This document shows positions 24,401-34,817 of a DNA stretch of 64,000 bases, in pieces. The notes beneath the pieces were generated by a model that was given only the letters and a program-made list of their open reading frames with translations, did not search any database and was not told the origin of the DNA. This DNA is from Sphagnum compactum (taxonomy: Eukaryota), in NCBI GenBank assembly GCA_965153455.1, contig OZ234493.1, positions 19,086,213 to 19,150,212 of the forward strand, given 5' to 3'. Every line of letters begins with the position of its first letter. The stretch's first letter is position 1. The position numbers were made by a program, and so were the translations under genes.

Positions 24401-27400
24401 TATTTCATTATTATTCAAACATTAATAGTTATTAAGTTATAGTTTCCACCGCCATTTGGTTTATAAGTTAAAGGATAAGTGAATAAACAAATTAATGAAT
24501 TTCATCAATTTAATCTTTTGCACATGCAGGGAATTTTAGTGCCATATGTTTCAGCTACTCGGTTGTCAAACAACAACCATTACAAAATTGAGGATGCTAA
24601 TCACTTGACAATTTGCAAGCCACTAAACAAGGATCATCCAAGTTATTCTTTATTGTTACAATGTTTAATAAAATTTATGCAGATAAAAACATCAAATCTA
24701 ATTTTTTTGATTTCCTATATGTTCATGTAATTTGAAACATATTAGGTCATAGCATACTTGATGTGTATCGCATATGGAATATCATATATATTAGTTATCA
24801 AATAAGAAATATAACATATAAATGACCTATATTTTGTGAATTTTGACAGAAAAATATAGAGCTTCCACCTTTGCCATGTCATGAGGTGGCGTTGATTGAT
24901 AAAGCCAACGACATAAACATGTTGTTACAAAAAGAATCTATTGTTGGTTTGCTTGGAATGGGTGGGATTGGGAAAACCACATTGTGCAAAAAATTCTATC
25001 ATTTATTCCACAACCAATATGATGAATCTAGTTTTTTAGAGGATGTGAGTTCAAAGGACAATATCAATGATGTCATCAAACAACTCCTACATGATTTGTG
25101 TGGCGAAAGGTTATGCAAAGAGGAAAATGTGAATAAAGAACACCTCGACAAAATTAAGCAATGTATGATATCGAAGAAAGTGTTAGTGGTGGTGGATAAT
25201 GTTGGTAAGGCGAAACACTTTACATCTTTGCCAATTCTCATTGATAAGGCTACCAAGAATCTAGCTTCTAAAAGCAAAGTACTTGTGAATTGTCGAAATT
25301 GGCAAATTCTAAATTCTCATGTAAATGAGGATGGAAAAATGGTCATGAAACCTTTAAAGAAAGAGCAAGCAAGGGAACTTTTTATGTTCCATGCATTTGG
25401 TAATGCAAATCATGTTCCAACAAAAGATTTCAACGACATATGTATGAAAAGTATAAAAGTTTGTGGGGGGCTCCCTTTAAGTCTTAAAGTATTGGGTTCT
25501 TCTTTATACAATACTAAAGAATTAGAAATTTGGAAAGGTGCATTGAGCACATTGAAAAGTGGGCAAAGTTTGACAGGGGGCGATGATAATGAAGAGCTTT
25601 GGAGTACATTGAGGATTTCTTATGACCCTTTGGATAAAGAACATAAAAATATGTTTTTAGATATTGCTTGTTTTTTCGATGGTTTAAAAATCAGTACGAT
25701 TTGTCGAGCGTGGAGTGGAGATTATTCCCACCCAAAATTTGGATTAAGAAAGTTACAAGAGAGATCTTTAATCAAAGAGGCAGAGGGTGGAATCTTGTAC
25801 ATACATGACCAATAACGAGACATGGGTCGAAAAATTGCAACGGAATTACCAATTATGAATCGATTTGTATGGAAATCAAATCAATCAAATTATTTTTTAA
25901 AAAAGGAGGTTGTCATTCTATTATTTCAATCCTATAATTTTATTTCAATTTCTTATGATTTTTTTTTATGTGCAAAACCAAATGTTTTAGTTTTGAATTT
26001 TGATTTTATAAATACATGTTTTTCCAATAAATTTTGGCATTAGGATGAAATGTTATTTTTCATTGATAATCCTTTTGTTTTCATTTCATGTGATAGGTGG
26101 TGGAACATTTACACGGCATTTCGTTGAAAAAGTGTGACAATTTGCCTTTGTTGTCCGAATTTGACTTGAAGGGATTTTGCAACCTTAGGTTGGTTGACCT
26201 AACAGAAGCTTCACCAACTATTGTGGAACATTTTATCCAACAACGAAATTTGAGTAATGTTAAATGGGTATGCCTCAAAAAATGCATGATGCAAAAATTG
26301 CCAAGTAATTTATTTTCTTGTTCACAACTTCGAATGCTGGATTTGGCACAATGCGAAAAATTGGAAGAACTACCTTCATCTATTCACCAATTGAATGCAC
26401 TCCAAGAGTTTGATTTGTCATGGTGTTCCAACTTGAAAAAACTACCTTCATCTATTGGCCAATTGACTACACTCCAAACATTTGATTTGTCAAGGTGTTT
26501 CAACTTGAAGGAATTATCTTCATCTATTGGCCAATTTAATGGACTCCAAGAGCTTCGTTTGCAAGGGTGTTCCAAGTTGGAAAAACTACCTTCATCTATT
26601 GGTCAATTGAATGCACTCCAAGAGCTTGATTTGTCAGGGTGTTCCAACTTGAAGGAATTACCTCCATCTATTGGCCAATTGAATGCACTCCGAAAGGTTG
26701 ATTTGTCATGGTGTTCCAACTTGAAAGAACTACCTCCATCTATTGGCCAATTGACTACACTCCAAATGTTTGATTTGTCAAGGTGTTCCAATTTGAAGGA
26801 ACTACCTCCATCTATTGGCCAACTGAATGCAGTCCAAAAGTTTTGTTTGCGAAGGTGTTTCAAGTTGGAAAAACTACCTTCATCTATTGGTCAATTGAAT
26901 GCACTCCAAGAACTTGATTTGTGTGATTGTTCGAACTTGGAAGGACTACCTTCATCTATTGGCCAATTGATTATGCTCCAAACGTTTGATTTGTCAAGGT
27001 GTTCCAACTTGAAAGAACTACCTTTATCTATTGGTCAATTGGATGCACTCCAAGGGCTTGCTTTGTGTGAATGTTCGAATTTGGAAGGACTACCTTCATC
27101 TATTGGCCAATTGATTACACTCCAAATATTTGATTTGTCAAGGTGTTCCAATTTGAAGGAACTACCTCTATCTATTGGCCAATTGATTACACTCCAAATA
27201 TTTGATTTGTCAAGGTGTTCCAATTTGAAGGAACTACCTCCATCTATTGGCCAATTGAATGCACTCCAAAAGCTTAATTTGCGAGAGTGTTCTAAGTTAA
27301 AAGAACTACCTTCATCTATTGGCCAATTGAATGCACTCCAAAAGCTTGATTTGTCATGGTGTTCCAAGTTGAAAGAACTACCTTCATCTATTGGCCAATT

Positions 27401-28460
27401 GAATGCACTCCAAATGCTTGATTTGTCATTGTGTTCCGAGTTGAAAGAACTACCTTCATCTATTGGTCAATTGAATGCACTCCAACATCTTGATTTGTCA
27501 TGGTGTTCCGAATTGAAAGAAGTACCTTCATCTATTGGCCAATTGAATGCACTCCAAATGCTTGATTTGTCATTGTGTTCCGAGTTGAAAGAACTACCTT
27601 CATCTATTGGCCAATTGAATGCACTCCAAAAGCTTAATTTGCAAGAGTGTTCCGAGTTGAAAGAACTACCTTCATCTATTGGCCAATTGAATGCACTCCA
27701 AAAGCTTAATTTGCAAGAGTGTTCCGAGTTGAAAGAACTACCTTCATCTATTGGCCAATTGAATGCACTCCAAAAGCTTAATTTGCGAGAGTGTTCCGAG
27801 TTGAAAGAACTACCTTCATCTATTGGCCAATTGAATGCACTCCAAAAGCTTAATTTGCGAGAGTGTTCTAAGTTAAAAGAACTACCTTCATCTATTGGCC
27901 AATTGAATGCACTCCAAAAGCTTAATTTGCGAGAGTGTTCCGAGTTGAAAGAACTACCTTCATCTATTGGCCAATTGAATGCACTCCAAGAGCTTAATTT
28001 GCAAGAGTGTTCCGAGTTGAAAGAACTACCTTCATCTATTGGCCAATTGAATGCACTCCAAGAGCTTAATTTGCAAGAGTGTTCCGAGTTGAAAGAACTA
28101 CCTTCATCTATTGGCCAATTGAATGCACTCCAAAAGCTTAATTTGCGAGAGTGTTCTAAGTTAAAAGAACTACCTTCATCTATTGGCCAATTGAATGCAC
28201 TCCAAATGCTTGATTTGTCATTGTGTTCCGAGTTGAAAGAACTACCTTCATCTATTGGCCAATTAAATGCACTCCAACAGCTTTATTTGGATGAGTGTTT
28301 CGGCTTGAAAAAACTACCTTTATCTATTGGTCAATTGAATGCACTCAAAGAGCTTGATTTGCGAGGGTGTTCTGAGTTGAAAGAACTATCTTCATCTATT
28401 GGCCAATTGAATGTATTAACTCCAAATTATTCTCACTACATCAATTGCACCCACTATTAA
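21464..28460 (+). pseudogene. Alpha/beta-hydrolase-NB-ARC-LRR (HNL-type NLR) immune receptor, disrupted as assembled
   Basis: Exons: 21464-21589 (inferred), 22615-22913, 23620-24028, 24530-24682, 24850-25908, 26097-28460; phases consistent. Hydrolase motifs FFHGI, CWPKKWLPED, RILSLSYDS, AYSFGG, FYGVPHSG, NHLTICKP. NB-ARC motifs GMGGIGKTT, VVVDNV, SKVLVNCR, GGLPL, IHDQ. About 29 LRRs. Lesions: donor at 24683 reads AT instead of GT; TAA at 25813-25815. Confidence 0.88.
26376..28417 (+). repeat. Coding tandem array of ~29 x 72-bp (24-aa) LRR units
   Basis: Near-invariant GAACTACCTTCATCTATTGGCCAATTGAATGCACTCCAA alternates with variable segments encoding xLxLxxC; exact 72-bp period with no indels. 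Confidence 0.97.
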
Positions 28461-30097
28461 AACTAATTAAAAACACTTTTATGTGAGGTTTCAAACTCTT
28501 ACCAAGGCCAACATAGTCAAGAACAGAAATATTGGTAAAAGTCATGTTATTGCAATAGAAATATCAGTATGGTAAAGGTAGCAACCATGGTAAGTTCAAA
28601 TATTTTATTCGGGCAAAATGTGCAAAGGAGAGGTATATTCGAAGGGTCATACTAGGCTTTACATGTACCAAATATAATTATTCTTGTCATTACCACATAT
28701 CAGGGTATAACCTATAAGATGATCCTAAACACCCCCAAAATGACAAGAAATATATTTTCCAAAATTAACCCCCCAAAAAAATCCCAAGGTTAAAGTCAGA
28801 AATCATAAGGTTAACCCCTACTACAAAATCTACCTACTTTGTAACCCTTGTCTTGCTAGAATGTACATACCCTAGCTCATATTCATTGTATGATACCCAT
28901 GTACTAACTTGTCTTTAGCCAAATGATATATTTAGCCAACTAAGCGTTAACTAACATATCTTATGAGCTAGAACTTTCCATTTGCCTCTAATTCAAGCAT
29001 CATATTCAGGGTTTTCATTTTAATTTGAATTTGACAACTGCGGGTTGTGCATGACAAGTGTACAATAATTATGGTGATTTTTGGTGACTATATATATAAA
29101 TTTTTTTAAATTTTTTTAATTTAAAAAAAATTAAACTTATTTTATTTTATTGGCAATTTTGTTCCCCAAAAACAGGGAATCACTCACCGATACTGGTATG
29201 TAGCAATGTTGATCAATTATGGTGTTTTAGACTTCACCCTCATGATCCCATCATAAATTTCTTTTGGAAATGTTCTAACAGAAGGATATGATTTGCCAAC
29301 CCAAATACCTCACAAACTTGAAAAAAAGAACACTACCTGGACCCAATGTTTTTCAGGGAATTTTTCTATGTAGCCAAAGTGGCTATCCTCTATAGGGAGC
29401 TGTTGAAAATATGGCAATCATCTCTAGGAAATTTTTGGCAAAATCTGGCTAAAAAGCCAGATATGAAGCACAAATCTTGAATCATCCTTCTACATTTTTT
29501 TGCTACATATTCAGAACCAAATGTAAAAACCAAGTGTATTTTCACCTTTTTACTCACTTTTGGCAATTGAAACTTTTAAAAATTATTCCATTTTCTAAAT
29601 TTGAATTTTGGCAAAGCTTCACCAGTGAAAATTAGGCTGCTTGAAACCATATACAAAGACCAGATTGCAATGAAAGTTTTTTAAAAGTAACCATTTTCTA
29701 CAACATGATGGAAGAAAGAAAATGAGCACTCTCACATTGTCGTGCAAAACACCAACATAAACACCTTTTGTACTTTGAAAGGCGTAATGGATACATGTAC
29801 AAATCAAAGGGTAGAAGAAAGGAGCTATGATTAATACTACATGAAAGGATTACGAGAATTTTTTTTGACTTACAGAAAGGTCACATTCTCCCATGACTTT
29901 AAAATCACCAACTTTTGTTCACTTCTCCTCTTGCTCCATGCATTTTTAGTTTACTGTTTCAAGAATGAGACCCAAGGGACATGTATCAAAGCTTCAGCCA
30001 TGTGCCTGTGTGGGTAAATAACTCTCCCCGTTGATGTTTGTTCGTTACCTTTTGGTTACAATAAATTGATCCAATATACATTTGAAGAGAGGTCTTC

Positions 30098-33000
30098 CTA
30101 ATAGGATTGTGTTCGGCTAAAGATGAAAACACCTCCACTACCAAGTGCCCGTCCCAAAAGCATGTTGTTGTCAAGAAATGTAAGATAATATCGTAGTCCA
30201 ATTGGTGCCCTACAAGAATACATTCTAGATGTTAGAACCCGCCTCTATGTATCTACTAAACTTCATTCTTAACAGCAAGTGAATTGCTCTCACAATGATC
30301 ACTTTGTCACCTTCAAGTGGCTTCAGATGTTCTTAGTGTCTCCAGAAAACTGTGATCAGAAGTAGCAATTCTTTGTTAACATTGTTGAGAATTTCTTCTT
30401 ATGATTTTGCTAGCTATGTGAAAGTTTCACCGCTATCTTCAACACTCCACAACATAAGGTTTCACATAGTAATGACAGTAAAGAAGCGTTTTCCTTTACA
30501 ACTGCTTTAATATGATGTTTCCTTGCAAGCTTTACAATGGGTTACCTTTCGGTGCTTTGAATTTGTCGTCCAGCAAGGGGCACCCGCACATCTAAACTCC
30601 TAAGAAATTGCAATATCTTGAAAATAATAAACAGACACAAAACAGTCACTGATAAGTTCCTGTGTCAATGTATCTCAAATGCATTGCATTTCAGACTTGC
30701 ATGTGTGCAGCAACCCATGTTCTTTCCAGTTTCCTTCACATTTTCTGCACTTTTATACACTTCTGAGTTTCATTAGCCTGAACCCTAAAACACAACTACA
30801 AAATTGAAAGATATATGAGACCTTGTGTTATGACAAAAGAATTAGAGTGTGGTGGATCTGTGAACCAAGCGTGTGCTCATGCTGTGACCAGAAATGCAGA
30901 AACTATTCTCGCCAAAGACAAGTCAATGAAATCTGCAAAACTCACCTGTAAGTTTAGAAATGTGCGGGGAAGAAAGGCAGGTGCAAGAAAGGCTTGCAAG
31001 TCAGCACTGATTTCAACCTCACCAACTCTTGCCTGGAATTTCATGACAACCCAATACGTCAATAACAAGCACCAACCCAATTACACAGAGAAGCTTCAGA
31101 GGACCTCTAGTTGACAACCTGTTGATCGATATGTCACAGGTTGTCCCTCCAATATAGAAATTGACCTTTGAAAGCATGGATAGAGTTCTCATAGAGAAAC
31201 CTTTGTATTTGTTCTTGTGCAGAGCCTGAGCACAAAAGAACATATCTCTCACAAAAGAACATGTGCTGTTTTTCTTTACAGAAAGAATTTTTTTGATTTC
31301 ATTGTGTATTCACAGTCTATTGCTCAAAAGGCAGTGTTGTGTTGAGACAAAAAATGTGAATGAAAATAGGGATCAAGGAAATCAGACAAACTTCTTGGAA
31401 TTGAAGAACAATGCTGCGTGAACTTGCTACTGAGAATTGGGCCGTCACGATTAGTGTTGCTCCTTCATTCTCCTGTAACAAAGAAAATCCACATCTCATG
31501 ATCCCAATCATGCAAGGATTGCCCCTAAAGATCATTCCACACACATATATGTATGTGGCTTTGATTGAAAAATCAAGCCAATTTCATGCAACACAGCTTC
31601 TTCTTCTGTTTACAAAAACCTCTTCATTTCCAAACAAATCACATACAACATCTCTAACCCTGGAAGCTTCTTCAACATCTTTTGGAAAATCACAAGAGGA
31701 ATCTCAGTACTCATGCAAGCACAAAACACAGTAGAGACCAATGAAGATAAAAGGGATTTACAACTGATTGTTGATGCAGACGTACAAGAAGGGACTCATT
31801 CACCTGTAAGAGGCCAGGAATACTCCACCGAACAATGTTTTTCACTGTCCCGCCTTGAGTACTTCCCCGGCACATAAATTGCTGGTACACTTGTCCTACC
31901 TGATAGATACAATTCCCCAACTTTCAAACTCCAGGCTTTTGAAGCTCAACCCATGTTGTCTGTCTGTCAGGGAACCCTCTGAACATGTGTTAACTCTAGA
32001 AATATTCTAGCTCCAAGGTTAACCAAAACCTGAAAGCTGTGACAGAAAACCTTCTCAGAAGATCTCTTTAAGATTGTTGAATAATTCTTCAGCTATTGTA
32101 AGACCCAAAATCTAGATCAACTGTTTCCTAGCTCCTCAAGATCTGAACCCCAATCTGTTTGTAATGTGCAGCACCCAGAAGCTTGATCTTTGCGGTACCT
32201 CAGCCAATTGCATGAGGAAAAATTCCTCTTCAACTTTGTTTCTGAGAAACTGAAGGAAGTGAGAGAGATATGTTGAGAGAGTGAGAGACAGACAGATAGA
32301 CAGACAGAAAGGTGTGGGGATGTGAGTGAAAAACCTGAAGGAATGGGAGTTGAGAGGCCTGTAAGAGGGAGATGACATCAGGGGCAGTAGTGTACTGAAG
32401 GAGCCAAGTCCCATCAAGGTGCTCAAGGTTCAAAGGCAACCCTGCATCAAACTTCTCCAACTCCACCTGCCTTCCCCTTATCCCTCATCAGCTTGCTTCT
32501 TCAGCTTCAAAACAGATGTCTGCTTTGTTGAAAAAAAACTGTTCAGGAATATGACAGACAAAATGGCTTGCTTGGCAATGGATGATGCAACCAGATAAAT
32601 GGGCCAGAAAATTTGTTGATAATCAGAAGAACAGTTGCTCTTCAACAAGGATCATGTGGAACAGAAACAAGAGTTTGTGTTTTTTAACATTGCATTGCAG
32701 TGCAGCATACCATAGCTTCTTCGATGATGGCTCGTTTCTCAATCAAGGCACTGGAGCCCCGGTCTGTATCCAAAACTGATTGCAGAAGCTCCATTTTAGC
32801 TCTCTCAATCATCTCTTGATTCATCTGTGCTCTTCCTCTTTCCTATATCCATTGCAATCCTCAACTGCTCATCATATATCTATGCTCAAATACACAAATC
32901 TCACTCAAATCTCTCTCTGCAAGGGATCATCACCAATGCACAAATCTCTCTCAAATCTCACCCTTCAAGGATGATCACCCAATGCATAAAATCTGTCAAA

Positions 33001-33758
33001 TCTCTCATCACCCCATACACAAATCTCACAAATCTCATTCAAGGATCATCATCAGGAATGCACAAAGCTGTCTCTCTCTTTTTAAGGAGCATCTTCTTCC
33101 CATACCCATGATGATGCCTTGCACCCGCCCAACCACCCACCCAAGAATCACAAGATACTTCGCACCACCCAGAGGCAAGAGATGAAGAGAGAGAGAGACA
33201 CTGAGTATCTATCACTGGAAAGAATGCTGCAAGGAGCAAAAAAGAATGTACCTCTGCTGCAACTGTGGCTGATGAGGAAGCCAAAATCCTCCACGACTTT
33301 TTTGGTTTCTTGGAACATCCGGCAAGATTCTTGCAAGATTGATGGCACTGATTACCAGAGAAGGATTTTCTTCCTTCTGTTTTCCTGCCTGAAATCCTCC
33401 TCTCTCCAACACCTGCATCCGCATTTGCATCCCAAAATCAGGCGTACAGACAGAGAGAAGTGTGGAAGAAACTCTCTCTCCTCCAAAAATCTCCGTCACC
33501 GATGACAAGAAGAGAGCTCAAGAGTTCTGAAGTTTTGAGAACTGCACCATCTTCCTTGCTTGCAGCAGCAATCCGTGACCTGGAAACGAAGGCCAGAGAT
33601 TGAGAGCTTCGGGAGAAATGGGTGCTCGATTTCGGATTGCAGTAGCAGCAGATGATGCTGCTGTAACAACTCTGCTGCTCCCGACCAACCATACGAACTG
33701 TTTGCTGCTGCTGCTGCAGTAATAGGTCAGAGCAAGCTCCCAGCATTGAAACAGCCAT
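30098..33758 (-). CDS. FBN8: Plastid-lipid-associated protein / fibrillin, FBN8 (PAP10)-like
   Basis: Nine exons (33758-33500, 33412-33252, 32824-32711, 32466-32335, 31899-31804, 31472-31392, 31032-30946, 30616-30546, 30209-30098), GT-AG and in phase. Ser-rich transit-like N-terminus; KMELLQSVLDTDRG, LDGTWLLQYTTAPDV, NIVRWSIPGLLQENEGATLIV, YYLTFLDNNMLLGRALGSGGVFIF. Confidence 0.88.
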
Positions 33759-34057
33759 GCTTGCTCTTCTTCTTCTTCTTCTCTTCCACGCTCCTCACGA
33801 GCTTTGCTGCTTCTTCTGACATTAAACCCTAAACCGAAAACCGTATTGTGGCGATTCTTGACTTCCTTATGCACGATCACAGAAGAAGAGCAGCTCCTGC
33901 TACAACAAGAAACAGCTGCTCTGTGAAGAAGCGCCACCCATCACAGGACAAAGGCTGAAACGTGCGGTTCTCATGGTCTCGATCCAGCAGAGTTGGCAGC
34001 AATGGCTTTTGTTTCCTGCTAGGTTGATGGATGATCTGTTGGGCATCTGTGATGATG

Positions 34058-34817
34058 GCTGTCTTGATGAGACAGAGGGAATCTTGCAGAGGATCTGGTC
34101 CGAGAATCGGAGAAGGATGCCTTGGGAGCTTGCTGCCGTGGGTTTATGGTATCGAGGGACCTTGCTTAGAGGTTGCAGCAGATTCATTGCAATGGAACTG
34201 ACGGCAAAAACATATTTGCAAAAACAAAGCTCTAGAAATCAGAATTGAATGCTGTCTTGATGAGACAGAGGATATTGCAGAGGATCTGCTCCAAGAAGAG
34301 GAGATGCCTGGTGAGCCTGCTGCTGTGCGTGATATGATATGGAAGGACTTTGTTTGCATGGTGCAGCAGATTTCATTGCAATGGAATTGATGGCAAAACA
34401 CACATTTGCAAAACAAAGCTCTAGAAATCAGAACCTGGAAGTGAATGCTGTCTTGATGAGACAGAGGATATTGCAGAGGATCTGGTCCAATAAAGAGATG
34501 CCTTATGAGCCTGATGCTGTGTGATATGGAATGAGGACCTAGCTCGCAGGTTGCAGCAGATTTCATTGCAATGGAATTGATGGCTAAACACACATTTGCA
34601 AAACAAGCTCTAGAAACCAGAACCCAGAAGTGAATGCTATTTTGATGAGACAGAGGATCTTGCAGAGGACCTGGTCCAAGAAGAGCCTTGTGAGCTTGAT
34701 GCTGTGTGATATGGTATGAGGACCTTGCTTGCAGTTTGCAGATTTCATTGCTATGGAATATGATGGCAAAAACATGTTGCCCAACAAGCTCTAGAACTCG
34801 GAACCCAGAAGTGAATG
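34058..34817 (+). repeat. ~190-bp tandem repeat, 4 copies, upstream of FBN8
   Basis: TTGATGAGACAGAGG..TTGCAGAGGA..CAGATTTCATTGCAATGGAA..GCTCTAGAA units start near 34061, 34254, 34450 and 34639. Confidence 0.9.

Noticed and set aside
24683-24849. U12-type (AT-AC) intron explanation for the AT donor
   Set aside because: No ATATCCT donor consensus and the intron ends in AG, so a GT-to-AT mutation is simpler.
25186-25203. Kinase-2 DN instead of DD as a special lesion
   Set aside because: DNV is a common natural variant in plant NB-ARC domains.
26384-27367. Antisense ORFs with NWPID repeats
   Set aside because: Shadow frames of the LRR array, broken by stops.
26376-28417. CRISPR-like repeat/spacer appearance (constant ~40 bp plus variable ~30 bp)
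   Set aside because: The array is an in-frame LRR exon of a eukaryotic NLR, the variable parts are homologous to each other, and there are no cas genes.
33252-33268. 17-nt microexon in FBN8
   Set aside because: A longer open exon (33412-33252) with a TGCAG acceptor satisfies the same phases; it remains at most an alternative acceptor.
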